The position numbers were made by a program, and so were the translations under genes. 64,000 bases of DNA from an uncultured Candidatus Peribacteria bacterium (GTDB lineage: Bacteria; Patescibacteriota; Gracilibacteria; RBG-16-42-10). Below are positions 1-10,222 of the stretch, one piece after another; the first letter of the stretch is position 1; the number at the start of each line of letters is the position of its first letter. The notes under the pieces are model-generated. The model made no database searches. It was not told the origin of the DNA and saw only the letters and a program-made list of their open reading frames with translations. The stretch covers positions 40,793 to 104,792 of the forward strand of contig CAZERA010000004.1 of NCBI GenBank assembly GCA_964514565.1, given 5' to 3'.

Positions 1-478
1 GGGACTCATTAGAAATTCTACCAGCCAATGGATCTGCTTCAGTAGAACCTACGATCGTGTAGGTCTCATCTTGGTTTGATTGAATATTGTGGATTGTAAT
101 GGTATGTCCTACCTGTACAGTTTTGACATGCTTATTGGTGCCAGAAATGACCTTGGCATTTTTCACTTGTTGTTCGAGTACTACGATACGGCCCTCTACA
201 GTTGCTTGTTCGTTGCGCGCTTCCTCGTATTCAGCGTTCTCAGATAAATCACCATAACTAATTGCTTCTTTGAGTCTCTGTGCTACTTCTTTACGGCGAG
301 TAGTTTTGAGCTCGTTGAGTTCTTTTTTGAGCGCATCAAGACCATCTTGAGTGATTAATACTTCTTCCTCATGAGCAGCTGTCTGAGTCTTAGTAGGTTT
401 TGCTACTTTTACTGGTTTCATGACCTTATTGGCTTTGATTGGAGCTGCTTTTTTGCTAGCGCTGCTTGATTTAACCAT
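1..478 (-). CDS. greA: Transcription elongation factor GreA (3' end runs off the window), with a K/A/P-rich N-terminal extension
   Basis: Manual translation from ATG at 478: ...LITQDGLDALKKELNELKTTRRKEVAQRLKEAISYGDLSENAEYEEARNEQ...TIVGSTEADPLAGRISNESP; GDLSENAEY and ISNESP signatures. Confidence 0.96.
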   Translation of the reverse strand, partial: MVKSSSASKKAAPIKANKVMKPVKVAKPTKTQTAAHEEEVLITQDGLDALKKELNELKTTRRKEVAQRLKEAISYGDLSENAEYEEARNEQATVEGRIVVLEQQVKNAKVISGTNKHVKTVQVGHTITIHNIQSNQDETYTIVGSTEADPLAGRISNES

Positions 479-560
479 AAAAAATTTTAAGAAGGAAAAT
501 AGTATACTGGCCTACACCTGCAATTGATATCTTAGGATACTCTTGCTGTCAATGTCGAGT

Positions 561-1796
561 TTACTGGGTGAAGATTTGAGTGACATACATTTCATCTGGA
601 CTTTCACCAACGATAATCCCGATCCCTACATGAGTATAGGGTATGTAGGTTCCTAGAATATTGAAAGCATGTGAGTAGAGATAGTTGCCATCGTCCCCTT
701 TTTCAAACATTTTATTGATAATGTCAGTGACGCGGTCTTCTGGAGTAGCATTGTCAAAGAAAGCATGAGCAATGTTTTGAGTAGCTTCACTGTAGCTAAT
801 GTCATATTTCTTACTTGCTAATGCAAACCATTGATCAAAAGTCTGACCATTGACGTTGCGGTGGGAGGTCCATGGTCGGCGTTTTTCTTGTTCGGTGAGG
901 TTAGCATGGCTAGTCTCGTATTCTTTCTTTTGTTGTTTATCCAAGAAATGCCATTGGTCATAAAGCTCTTGGCTTTGGTTTCTAGCAATACCAGAAAGTT
1001 TTTGATCAATTACCAGAGGAGCTTTTTTTTCAGTGGCCCGTTTCTCATTGATAGCAATTAGCATGCTTCTCTCTAGGTCAGTGATAGCAGGAAAAGTGGT
1101 GTCTTTGTCTTGGAGATAGTTGTCTAAAATCTTCACTGCCTCAGCGCGAGTGATTGGTGTATTGGGTAAAAATAAACCGTTGCTAGTCCCTTTGATATAG
1201 CCCAAAGCACGAGCGGAATAAATATAAGGGGCTAATTCATGGTTGGGAGACACATCGAGAAATGCCTCGCCAATATTATAGTCTTTGATCTCATTGTTGC
1301 TTGCAACAATAAAGATTTTCAAAAACTCGGCTCTACTGACTGACTTGGTAGGACGAAAAGTACGGTCACTATAACCTTTGACCATTTTTTTCTCGTAAGC
1401 ATACTTAATGAAAGGCAACAAAGTATCACTACTATCTACATCACCAAAAGGTACTGTCACTGATCCGCTTTGGGTGACAGGGCGATAGTTGCTGGTAGCC
1501 AAGGTGATTATTTTGGTTGTTTCTGCTCGAGTAAGTGGACGGTCTGGTCCAAAACTACCATCACTATAGCCATTGACGATTTTTTTCTTTACCACATTTT
1601 GAATAGCATCATAGGCCCAATATTGCTCATTGATGTCTCGGAAGATCACCTCCGGAGCACTAGTCACCGTACTAGTTGGTGTAGGGCTTGGTGTGCTGGT
1701 TGTTACACTAGTTGGTGTGGGTGTAGCCGTAGTAGCAGCCATTGCTGTGAATGGTGTAAACAACAGCAAGCTAATCAGAAGAAAGCGACGTAGCAT
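561..1796 (-). CDS. Secreted S-layer homology (SLH x3) protein with C-terminal CAP/SCP-like domain
   Basis: Signal peptide, T/P-rich linker, three SLH repeats (GYSDGSFGPDRPLTRAE, GYSDRTFRPTKSVSRAE, GTSNGLFLPNTPITRAE); CAP-like INEKR...PLVIDQKLSGIAR...NIA...HAFNILG..YTHVGIG. Confidence 0.85.
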   Translation of the reverse strand: MLRRFLLISLLLFTPFTAMAATTATPTPTSVTTSTPSPTPTSTVTSAPEVIFRDINEQYWAYDAIQNVVKKKIVNGYSDGSFGPDRPLTRAETTKIITLATSNYRPVTQSGSVTVPFGDVDSSDTLLPFIKYAYEKKMVKGYSDRTFRPTKSVSRAEFLKIFIVASNNEIKDYNIGEAFLDVSPNHELAPYIYSARALGYIKGTSNGLFLPNTPITRAEAVKILDNYLQDKDTTFPAITDLERSMLIAINEKRATEKKAPLVIDQKLSGIARNQSQELYDQWHFLDKQQKKEYETSHANLTEQEKRRPWTSHRNVNGQTFDQWFALASKKYDISYSEATQNIAHAFFDNATPEDRVTDIINKMFEKGDDGNYLYSHAFNILGTYIPYTHVGIGIIVGESPDEMYVTQIFTQ

Positions 1797-1976
1797 AATA
1801 AATGGACAAATTAAAAGATGATTTACTTAATCAAGTACGGTCAAGCTACATATTAGTTACTCTTACTTTGATCTGCAATCTCCTTGCTTAATTGGCCAAA
1901 CTTTGGCATTAATATACAGTGTATATCGCTATTACTAATAATAGCGTCTTCTCCTCTATTCTTTACTCCATACATT

Positions 1977-3326
1977 GTGGCTAAGAAAAAGCTTTTTTTC
2001 AGTCTACCTCGGGGCATGAGAGACATTTTACCTGCAGATCACAGTGTGGCTTCATATTTGAAAAAGATTATTCGGTATCGATGCCGTCAGGCTGGTATTC
2101 GGCGTATTAGTACACCAATATTTGAACGTACTGTGATTCTTGATAATCTTCCACCAGCACACTGGGGAGAAATAGTTCAGCTACAATATAAAAATGGTGA
2201 ACAAAATAATTTGCTTCTACGCAAAAACTTTTTGTTAAGCATTCTGCGTACATATATCACACACAAGATGTATGAAGGTCCTCAACCTGTTGAGCTATAT
2301 TCACTTGATATGTGCTTCCGCTCAGTTAAAAATTGGGGCGATAGTGATCAACCAGTGTTGCAACAGTTTTTAGGTTTTGATTTGCAAGTATTGGGTGAAA
2401 ATGATCCTGTTTTGGATGCTCAAGTTATTAAACTTTGGTATACAATTTGTACTGATATTGGTTTAGAACAATTTATTTCTATTCGTTTGGCTAAAATCGG
2501 TACAGTTGCTTCTCGTGAGCAGTTTTTAGTAGATTTTGCGCATTATTATAGTGGCAAAGAGAGATCGCTCTGTCCTAATTGTGCCAAGGCTTTGGCTACT
2601 GATCCCCTCCAACTGCTTACTTGTCAGGAAGAAGACTGTCAGATTTTGTTGAAGTTAGCTCCCAAGTTGGAAACCTATTTGGATGCTGAGACCAAGGTGT
2701 TTTATCAAAACCTTGAAGAGTATCTACATATTTTGAAAGTGCCATTCGTCTGGCAAGAGTATTTGTATCCTGAAGATATGAATATCTATGAGCCGCTCTA
2801 TGGTGAGATTTTCTTAGATGATAAAAAACTGGGTACTATTCATCATTTCTCAGAGCTTTTGACTGATGAGAGTTTCCCTGGGGTCTCTGGTCGTTCACTT
2901 TTTGTCAATTTGGAAGAAGTGATCATGTCTATGCAGAAACATGATGTGTTTGTGCCTTACAAAGATAATATCCATGTATATATAGCTCAGCTCGGTGTAG
3001 ATGCCAAGAAATACGGCTTAGAATTGCTTTATAGTCTTCGTCAAAAAGGCATCAAGGCTATTGCCAGTATGGGCAAAGGTAGTATGCAAGAACAAGTGGA
3101 TACTGCTTATAAATTCCGCATTCCTTATGCACTTCTAGTGGGACGGATGGAAGTGAATGAGAATATTGTGATTGTGCGTGATATGACTACTGGTAAGCGG
3201 GAGACTGTGCCCAGAGATGAGATTGCTACCTTCTTGCTCAACAAAATCCCAGAATGTGAATTGGATCAAGTAAGCTACGACAAGATGACTCGTAGTCACT
3301 ATGAGGCTAAGCAAAAAGAAATTTAA
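1977..3326 (+). CDS. Histidyl-tRNA synthetase-like protein, catalytic motifs degenerate, anticodon-binding domain retained
   Basis: LPRGMRDILP, ISTPIFE, LCPNC..DPLQLLTC...DC insertion, C-terminal HGTP-type anticodon domain. Probable GTG start at 1977 (ORF track opens at 1884). Confidence 0.85.
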   Translation: MAKKKLFFSLPRGMRDILPADHSVASYLKKIIRYRCRQAGIRRISTPIFERTVILDNLPPAHWGEIVQLQYKNGEQNNLLLRKNFLLSILRTYITHKMYEGPQPVELYSLDMCFRSVKNWGDSDQPVLQQFLGFDLQVLGENDPVLDAQVIKLWYTICTDIGLEQFISIRLAKIGTVASREQFLVDFAHYYSGKERSLCPNCAKALATDPLQLLTCQEEDCQILLKLAPKLETYLDAETKVFYQNLEEYLHILKVPFVWQEYLYPEDMNIYEPLYGEIFLDDKKLGTIHHFSELLTDESFPGVSGRSLFVNLEEVIMSMQKHDVFVPYKDNIHVYIAQLGVDAKKYGLELLYSLRQKGIKAIASMGKGSMQEQVDTAYKFRIPYALLVGRMEVNENIVIVRDMTTGKRETVPRDEIATFLLNKIPECELDQVSYDKMTRSHYEAKQKEI

Positions 3327-3553
3327 GGTTTTATTGGTTTTAGTAAGCTACTAATAGTAGGAATAGGTGTGGGTAAAGTATCTCTGATTAAGCGAAAAGG
3401 ATCACAGGACTGATGACTGAGGTTTTCTGTCCTACCGATCCAAAAGCTGGTGATACTAAAGATGAGACTGATCAGTAGAGCCAAGCCGTGGTAAAAGTAA
3501 TATTTTCTTTTTTTAGCAAGTTGTGACATTGGTTGTGATTGAGTAGACAGCAT
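3323..3553 (-). CDS. Small single-pass membrane hypothetical protein
   Basis: Basic KKRK patch followed by one hydrophobic helix; fills the gap between two + strand genes. Confidence 0.5.
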   Translation of the reverse strand: MLSTQSQPMSQLAKKRKYYFYHGLALLISLIFSITSFWIGRTENLSHQSCDPFRLIRDTLPTPIPTISSLLKPIKP

Positions 3554-3603
3554 TGTAGTGTTATTTCCAGAAAAAAGTCTGAAATTTTCATGTTTTACAT
3601 CTT

Positions 3604-4719
3604 ATGTATCTTTTCTATCTAGGTAATAATTTGGAGCTTTCTCGTTGGGAATTGCGTAATCTCCTACCAGTGACGCCTGCGGGAGAATCAACCTACGGTA
3701 TTTCTTATGCTGATGAAGCTGTTCAACCATTTGATCTACCGACAATTCAAAAGCGAGCTGGTGGTTTGCGTGAAATTATTCACCATACTGACCAGTCTTT
3801 TGCAGAGTGGGAAAAAGCAATTATGAGTTTGCGTGATGAGTGGATTGGTGGCGAAAAAGAAATCACTTTGCAAGCGCCAAGTTGTGATGAGAAGCAACGT
3901 GAACATATGCTACTAGCCTTGAAGCGATATTGGCATGAACGTACTGGTAAATCTTTGCGTTTCCGACTCAATAAAACCTATTTGGTAGGTAATGGTGGCA
4001 ATGTATTGTGGTGGTTACCTGTTCCAGATCAAGCTGGTCAATTTTGGTTGGGCCATAGCATTACCCAACAAACTATTAGTGCCTATGCCCAGAGAGATTA
4101 TGATAAGCCAGCTCGCTCGATGCAGCGAGGAATGCTACCTCCCAAACTCGCTCAGATTATGATCAATGGTGCTGGCATTGGATCTGACCAAGTCCTATGG
4201 GATCCATTTTGTGGTACTGGTACTGTGTTGGTAGAGGCTGCTCTGATGAACATTCCCTCGATCGGTAGTGACAATGAAACTGCCGCCATTCGAGAGACTC
4301 AGAACAATATCGCTAGTGTATTGGATTTTGATCACCAAAAGTTTATTCAACAGTTGTGGCAACAAAATATTATGCAGACCTGGCATCTGCCCTGTGATGA
4401 TGAGAATCTAGTAATTGTGGCTGAAGGCTACCTTGGTCCTATTCAAAATAAAGCGATGACCGTGGGGGACGGATTGCGTGCTTTTTGGCAAAAAGTAGAA
4501 CCACTCTACCAAAAGTTTTTTACTGAGCTAGCTAGGAGTAAAATTAAAAAGATGGTTTTGGCTACACCAATTGTTTTAATGGCTGAAAATAATTCACGTT
4601 TGGCTAAAAGAAGCTGGGATATTCTGCTCAAACAAGGCTGGGAAATAAGCTTTAGTGCTGATTATACTCGTTCGAATCAATTTATTGGTCGGCATATCGC
4701 TTGCTTGCAAAGAAACTAA
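3604..4719 (+). CDS. SAM-dependent RNA methyltransferase (Trm11/UPF0020-like)
   Basis: RDYDKPARSMQRGMLPPKLAQIMIN, WDPFCGTGTVLVEA, IGSD, EGYLGP. Confidence 0.85.
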   Translation: MYLFYLGNNLELSRWELRNLLPVTPAGESTYGISYADEAVQPFDLPTIQKRAGGLREIIHHTDQSFAEWEKAIMSLRDEWIGGEKEITLQAPSCDEKQREHMLLALKRYWHERTGKSLRFRLNKTYLVGNGGNVLWWLPVPDQAGQFWLGHSITQQTISAYAQRDYDKPARSMQRGMLPPKLAQIMINGAGIGSDQVLWDPFCGTGTVLVEAALMNIPSIGSDNETAAIRETQNNIASVLDFDHQKFIQQLWQQNIMQTWHLPCDDENLVIVAEGYLGPIQNKAMTVGDGLRAFWQKVEPLYQKFFTELARSKIKKMVLATPIVLMAENNSRLAKRSWDILLKQGWEISFSADYTRSNQFIGRHIACLQRN

Positions 4720-4728
4720 TGCTATAAT
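4701..4728 (+). promoter_or_regulatory. Sigma70-type promoter for rpmA (extended -10)
   Basis: TTGCTT-N16-TATAAT with TG-N immediately before TATAAT (4723-4728), 29 nt upstream of the ATG. Confidence 0.6.
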
Positions 4729-4757
4729 CCCCTCGCAATATTTAAGGATAATTTACT

Positions 4758-5039
4758 ATGTCAACGAAAAAAGCTGGTGGTACGACGGATAACGGCCGTG
4801 ATTCGAACTCGAAACGTCGTGGTGTGAAACTTTTTGCGGGTCAGACAACTCGTGCTGGGGGTATTATTGTACGTCAAAAAGGTAGCAAATATTTTGCTGG
4901 TACAAATGTCGGTCAAGGAAAAGACTTTACTTTGTTTGCTTTGATTGATGGTGTAGTTTCTTTTCAACAAAAGCGTCGCAAACGTTTTGATGGCAATATT
5001 TATGCTCGCACATTTGTTAATATTTCTCCGGTTGTTTAG
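4758..5039 (+). CDS. rpmA: 50S ribosomal protein L27
   Basis: [53 protein letters not shown]. Confidence 0.98.
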   Translation: MSTKKAGGTTDNGRDSNSKRRGVKLFAGQTTRAGGIIVRQKGSKYFAGTNVGQGKDFTLFALIDGVVSFQQKRRKRFDGNIYARTFVNISPVV

Positions 5040-6615
5040 TAGGAGCAAGATCAAGTACCTTGGTGAGATAGTTGCCTAGTAAATATTGAGAGATCAAATA
5101 AGTAGCGGTAGCAAAGATTAGTACAAAACTAATTTTGCCCGCTACTTTTAGTACACTATCTAGCGGATCAAATATGAGTGCAGAAGTGAATTTGCTGGCT
5201 TGGGCTACGATCGTAGTAATGATCGTGGCGATAATGGTTTTGGTAATAAAAGTCCAGTTGGCATACTGCCAAAGCGGTAAGTTGTGCTTCTTTGCTAAAC
5301 GGTAAAGTTGCATTGAGAGTTCAAAGATACTGGCGATACTAAATGACAAACCAAGCATAATCACTGAACCATGCAAAACAAATACTAGAATCACACTACC
5401 AATGATATTGATCACGATACTATAGAGTGAAATCAATAATGGATCTCGGGTGTTTTTATAAGCATAGAACGTGCGGGTGATGATGGGCTGGATGCTCTCG
5501 CTAATGAAGCTAAGAGCAAACAATCCTAGTGTGTCGGCAGTAGTAATAGTATCAGTCCAATTGAATCTGCCACTACCAAAAAGCAGTCGCACAATCTCAG
5601 TGCGCAAAAGAATCGTGACTAAAGTGACCGGCAACAGAATATAAAGCATCTTTTCGATTTTTCGGTTCACAAATGAACCCAATTCTTGATGCTTCTGGTC
5701 ACTCACGAGCTCACTAATGAAAGGAAAACTGGCTACTGCTACTGATACCCCGATAATGCCCAATGGGAGGCTTTGAATATTTTGAGCTAGATTGAGAATA
5801 GTGATGCTACCAGCTACAAGCATTGAAGCTAGTGTTGTATCTACTAGAATATTGATACGGCCGACTGTCATTGAAAGAATACGAGGAAAACTGCTCTTTA
5901 CCATCGCCAAGAATACTTTGTCTTTCCAATCAATAAAAGGTTGGAAGCGAAAGCCACCGCGCCAAGCTGATATTGCTTGAATGCCAGCATGAAATACCGC
6001 GCCAATCACTACGCCAATGCTGACGCCGTAGATGCCGTAGCGTGGTGCCAAAAAGACTAAACCTACAATGATACTTAGGTTGTAGAGAATAGGAGCCAAG
6101 GCAAAAGCAGCAAAACGCTTGAGGCTATGTGATATCGCTCCTGTGACACCGCTTAGACTAAAAAGTAAGGGAGATAGCAACATGATGTGGGTTAGCTGCA
6201 GTGTCAGCTGTTGCCCATCAGCAGCCATGCCTACGGTAAATAAACTGATTAGTTGTTTGCTAAACATAAAACAACCACTCACCAGGATTAGCATTACGAT
6301 CACTAGGCTAGATAACGTATTGTTGGATAGTTTCCATGCTTGATCATGATTTTTTTTGTACAAATCAGTGAAGTATGGCACGAAACAAGCTGAAATTGTG
6401 CCCATGATTAAGATCTGATACAGCAAATCTGGTAGTTGGAAAGCTGCATAATAGGCATCAAGCTCACTGACACTCCCTACCAATCTAGTGGCACCAAAGG
6501 TATGGGTAAGTAACCTATCTCTAATCAGTCCTAGTGCCCTACTTAGCAATGAAGCTCCTGCCAAGAAGAGACTAGTAGAAGTCAGTACGCGTTTCAGCAG
6601 AGGTTTTAGCTCCAT
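5017..6615 (-). CDS. murJ: Lipid II flippase MurJ (MviN)
   Basis: [43 protein letters not shown] motifs; about 14 TM helices. Confidence 0.95.
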   Translation of the reverse strand: MELKPLLKRVLTSTSLFLAGASLLSRALGLIRDRLLTHTFGATRLVGSVSELDAYYAAFQLPDLLYQILIMGTISACFVPYFTDLYKKNHDQAWKLSNNTLSSLVIVMLILVSGCFMFSKQLISLFTVGMAADGQQLTLQLTHIMLLSPLLFSLSGVTGAISHSLKRFAAFALAPILYNLSIIVGLVFLAPRYGIYGVSIGVVIGAVFHAGIQAISAWRGGFRFQPFIDWKDKVFLAMVKSSFPRILSMTVGRINILVDTTLASMLVAGSITILNLAQNIQSLPLGIIGVSVAVASFPFISELVSDQKHQELGSFVNRKIEKMLYILLPVTLVTILLRTEIVRLLFGSGRFNWTDTITTADTLGLFALSFISESIQPIITRTFYAYKNTRDPLLISLYSIVINIIGSVILVFVLHGSVIMLGLSFSIASIFELSMQLYRLAKKHNLPLWQYANWTFITKTIIATIITTIVAQASKFTSALIFDPLDSVLKVAGKISFVLIFATATYLISQYLLGNYLTKVLDLAPTKQPEKY

Positions 6616-6618
6616 AGT

Positions 6619-7545
6619 TTATTCGTCAGGTTCACTTTGTAAAATCTTGTGTTCTTTCTTCTTCTCTAATTCCATGAAACTGATAGTCCAAACTGCAGTA
6701 GTGAATACGGTTAAGGTACCAGAGATTATCACGGACCAAATGAATAGAATCACAATAAATGTAAGTGCTACTGCTAGAGCAATAGTGGCTGGTAAAATGA
6801 GCTGGGTAAAACTAATGATATAGACGGCTATAGCTGGTAGAGCAAAGATCAAGAGCATGTTAAGTAGAGCTCGCACTACCATTAGAAGTAATAGCACACT
6901 AATAAGAAGTGTCTCCTGGAAATGAAACAGCACTAAAGTGGTGCTTTTTTTAATTGAATCAATCACCGGAGCTTTGTGAATTACTAGGTGATAATCAGCA
7001 TAGGTGAGGAAGATTGTAGTAATAGTGATTAGGATGCCAATGATAATAATCACAGGCATGAAGTCGCCGATCAAAGTGCTATCAGGAAAATAAATCCTGA
7101 GGTAGAAACGGGCTAGTAGTACCCAAGTAATGAATGAACCAATATGGAAAGCATTGGTCAAAACGCGATATTCAGTCAGTGACAAGAAACTTTGAATACC
7201 AAAAGAGATTGTTTTACTGAGGTTGAGCTCTACATGCTGATCATACATCTTGGCAATAGCACTGATGATACCTCCTTCACTAATTACCCCAAAAACAAAA
7301 GCTAACAAATAAGTAAGGCCCAAGGCTAATACCAATAAAATGGCGTACGTAATTGGTGAGTTGGTATTGGTCACTAAATAGTGCCAGACATCACTTCCAG
7401 TCCCCACCGGTGTAGGTAAGATGTAGCGAATGCGCCAGACGCCAATCAAAGTAGCAAATAGTGAAGCGATAGTGCCCAGTATTCGCAGATACCGATTCTC
7501 ACTAGTCATCGCCCACGCTCGTTTGAATATCTCTGGATAGTTCAT
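6619..7545 (-). CDS. Multi-pass membrane protein of unknown function
   Basis: About 6 hydrophobic segments; N-terminal IFKRAW; ATGA overlap with the upstream gene. Confidence 0.8.
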   Translation of the reverse strand: MNYPEIFKRAWAMTSENRYLRILGTIASLFATLIGVWRIRYILPTPVGTGSDVWHYLVTNTNSPITYAILLVLALGLTYLLAFVFGVISEGGIISAIAKMYDQHVELNLSKTISFGIQSFLSLTEYRVLTNAFHIGSFITWVLLARFYLRIYFPDSTLIGDFMPVIIIIGILITITTIFLTYADYHLVIHKAPVIDSIKKSTTLVLFHFQETLLISVLLLLMVVRALLNMLLIFALPAIAVYIISFTQLILPATIALAVALTFIVILFIWSVIISGTLTVFTTAVWTISFMELEKKKEHKILQSEPDE

Positions 7546-8309
7546 TGCGTGGTTAGTTTAAGCATATTACTGATTGAGTGTACCCAAAGTATCTTTCGGA
7601 TCAACCAAAGTTTAGCGAGACCAGCTATCAGCAGCAACGCTAAGAGACAAAAAAGAATCAATGGGAGATAAGTGAAGCACGCTAGTACTAAGCCTAGTAC
7701 ACAAAAGCTAATCAATCCTACCCCTATATCAATAGCATGCAGAAACAATACCTCTGGTAAGTGGTGATACCAGGCAGCGGATAGTGCTTTGATATGATCC
7801 TGTGGTTTCTCAATGAAAAAGGCTATTTGGATATAGTACACGATTGAGAAAACAAAAATACTGACTACCAAAATGCCAGCACTGAGTAGTGGATAATTCA
7901 AAATAGTGTTCTTTTCGATGGAGTACACAAGCACAGTCAACAACACTTTTATTAAATCAAATACAAAGATGAAGCCGCTTTTTGCTAAGTATTGTGACCA
8001 TGGTTTTTGTTCGATAGCATGAATACTTACTGGCAATAATAAACGCCAGAATACTAACCAGAGTGGGACAAAAAGTAATAGTTGGCTAGCAATGTGCTTG
8101 ATCTTCTCAGTCAGTAATTTGACTGTCTCCCCGTTGACAGCGGTGGCTGTCAGATTGGTTTTGACTAAGTCAAAGAAATCATGCCACAAAAGCTGCCAAC
8201 CAATAATAGTGAGGATAATTACTGCTATCCAAGCCAAGTTACTAATCAAGTACAGCTTCAGTTTTTTGCTGTCATCAATACTTTGAATGAGTAGGGGGTA
8301 AAAGTTCAT
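7542..8309 (-). CDS. Multi-pass membrane protein of unknown function
   Basis: About 6 hydrophobic segments; lies 11 bp after ftsH in a same-strand operon. Confidence 0.75.
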   Translation of the reverse strand: MNFYPLLIQSIDDSKKLKLYLISNLAWIAVIILTIIGWQLLWHDFFDLVKTNLTATAVNGETVKLLTEKIKHIASQLLLFVPLWLVFWRLLLPVSIHAIEQKPWSQYLAKSGFIFVFDLIKVLLTVLVYSIEKNTILNYPLLSAGILVVSIFVFSIVYYIQIAFFIEKPQDHIKALSAAWYHHLPEVLFLHAIDIGVGLISFCVLGLVLACFTYLPLILFCLLALLLIAGLAKLWLIRKILWVHSISNMLKLTTQ

Positions 8310-8320
8310 ATATATACCGC

Positions 8321-10159
8321 CTAGACTTGAGGAAGGGTTTTCTTGGCTGGCACTGTAATATCAGTAAAGAATTGATCAAATTCAACATTGTCTAGTGTTT
8401 CTTTTTCAATCAAAGCGACAGCAATGATTTCCAATGTTTTGCGGTTGGTAGTAAGGATCTTAAGTGCTTTGCTATATGCTTGTTCGATAATGTTTTTGAT
8501 TTCTTGGTCAATGGCAAAAGCAATGTTTTCTGAATAGTTTCTTTGCTCACCCAGGTCTCGACCCAAAAATACTGAAGAGTGAGGATTGCTATAGTTTACT
8601 GTCCCTACCGCTTCACTCATACCAAAACGAGTCACCATATTACGCGCAAGGGAAGTTGCTTTCTCAATATCATTGCTTGCGCCGGTAGTAATATATTCTT
8701 TACCAAAGATTAATTCCTCAGCAGCTCTACCGCCCAAAGAAGCAGCGAGTTCATCTAAGAAATGTGCTTTTGACTCTAGTGCTTTGTCGTTCTCAGGTAA
8801 GAACCAAGTCACGCCCAGTGCTCTACCACGAGATACAATAGAAATCTTGTGTACTGGATCTGTATGCATCAACATCTTTGCTACCAAAGCATGTCCGACC
8901 TCATGATAAGCTGTTAGCGTCCTCTCTTCATCAGTAATTACTTTTGATTTGCGTTCAGGGCCTAGTAGTACTTTTTCAATTGATGATTCTAGATCATGCT
9001 GATTGATTTTTTCGCGATTTTCTCGAGCGGCTTGAATAGCTGCTTCATTGAGTAAATTAGCCAAATCAGCACCACTAAATCCTGGAGTTTGTTTAGCAAT
9101 CTTATCGAGCAAGATGCCATCCTCCATTGGTTTGTTTCGTGAATGCACAGCAAGAATTGCAATACGGTCTTCTAGACTTGGATTATCGATAATAACACGA
9201 CGATCAAATCGACCTGGACGGAGTAAAGCTGGATCTAGTACATCGGGACGGTTTGTGGCTGCAATGACGATTACATTGGCATTGGTATCGAAACCATCCA
9301 TCTCTACCAAGATTTGGTTGAGAGTTTGCTCACGCTCATCATTGCCACCGCCCAATCCAGCACCACGCTGACGACCGACTGCATCAATCTCATCGATAAA
9401 AACAATAGCAGGTGAATTCTTTTTGGCTTTAGTAAATAGATCTCGTACGCGACTAGCACCGACACCGACAAACATTTCTACGAATTCACTACCAGAGATA
9501 TTGAAGAAAGGTACATTTGCTTCACCAGCTACAGCTCGAGCAAGCAAGGTTTTACCAGTACCCGGAGGACCAAACAAAATGACACCATGAGGGATCTTGG
9601 CGCCAATTTTGAGATATTTCTTGGGGTTTTTGAGGAAGTCTACTATTTCAGTCAGTTCCTCTTTGGCTTCTTTGGCACCAGCTACATCAGCAAATACTAC
9701 TTTATTATTCTCTTTGTTGTAGAGTCTCGCTCTTGATTTACCGAAAGAAAGAGCAGAATTATTGCTGCTTTGGGCTTGTCTGAAAATAATGAAAATGAAG
9801 AATACTAATGCTACTATTGGGAGTAAGTTGCCTAGTATACTCAAAATGAATTCACTATTGCTACCATCATGGACAAAGATTTTGATATCTTTGTCGAAGT
9901 GATTGCGTACAATATCAGTACTTTCTTTGATGGCATGAAGTACGGTGCCATCTCGAAGAGTAGCGACGACATTATCGCCTTCTACTTCGATTTTATCGAT
10001 TTTATCAGCATTGAGATTGTAGACCTCATTGATACTGACATCTTTACTAGGGGCGGTGAAAAATTCGTTGTTTACAAATACAGCAAAAAAGGCAAGAACT
10101 AAGGCGATGACAATGATAGTAAAAAAACTACGACTCGTGGTCTTTTTGGGGCGTTCCAT
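8321..10159 (-). CDS. ftsH: ATP-dependent zinc metalloprotease FtsH
   Basis: Two TM helices, [43 protein letters not shown] zinc motif. Confidence 0.98.
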   Translation of the reverse strand: MERPKKTTSRSFFTIIVIALVLAFFAVFVNNEFFTAPSKDVSINEVYNLNADKIDKIEVEGDNVVATLRDGTVLHAIKESTDIVRNHFDKDIKIFVHDGSNSEFILSILGNLLPIVALVFFIFIIFRQAQSSNNSALSFGKSRARLYNKENNKVVFADVAGAKEAKEELTEIVDFLKNPKKYLKIGAKIPHGVILFGPPGTGKTLLARAVAGEANVPFFNISGSEFVEMFVGVGASRVRDLFTKAKKNSPAIVFIDEIDAVGRQRGAGLGGGNDEREQTLNQILVEMDGFDTNANVIVIAATNRPDVLDPALLRPGRFDRRVIIDNPSLEDRIAILAVHSRNKPMEDGILLDKIAKQTPGFSGADLANLLNEAAIQAARENREKINQHDLESSIEKVLLGPERKSKVITDEERTLTAYHEVGHALVAKMLMHTDPVHKISIVSRGRALGVTWFLPENDKALESKAHFLDELAASLGGRAAEELIFGKEYITTGASNDIEKATSLARNMVTRFGMSEAVGTVNYSNPHSSVFLGRDLGEQRNYSENIAFAIDQEIKNIIEQAYSKALKILTTNRKTLEIIAVALIEKETLDNVEFDQFFTDITVPAKKTLPQV

Positions 10160-10222
10160 GCAAAAGAATTAAGAATTACGCAGGCCTAATTCTACGGAAG
10201 AGTACCTGACTGCGCAAGCTGA

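Noticed and set aside
1977..3326. Calling this gene hisS or hisZ
   Set aside because: Catalytic motifs are lost (not a credible hisS), while the anticodon domain is kept and no his genes are nearby (not a typical hisZ)
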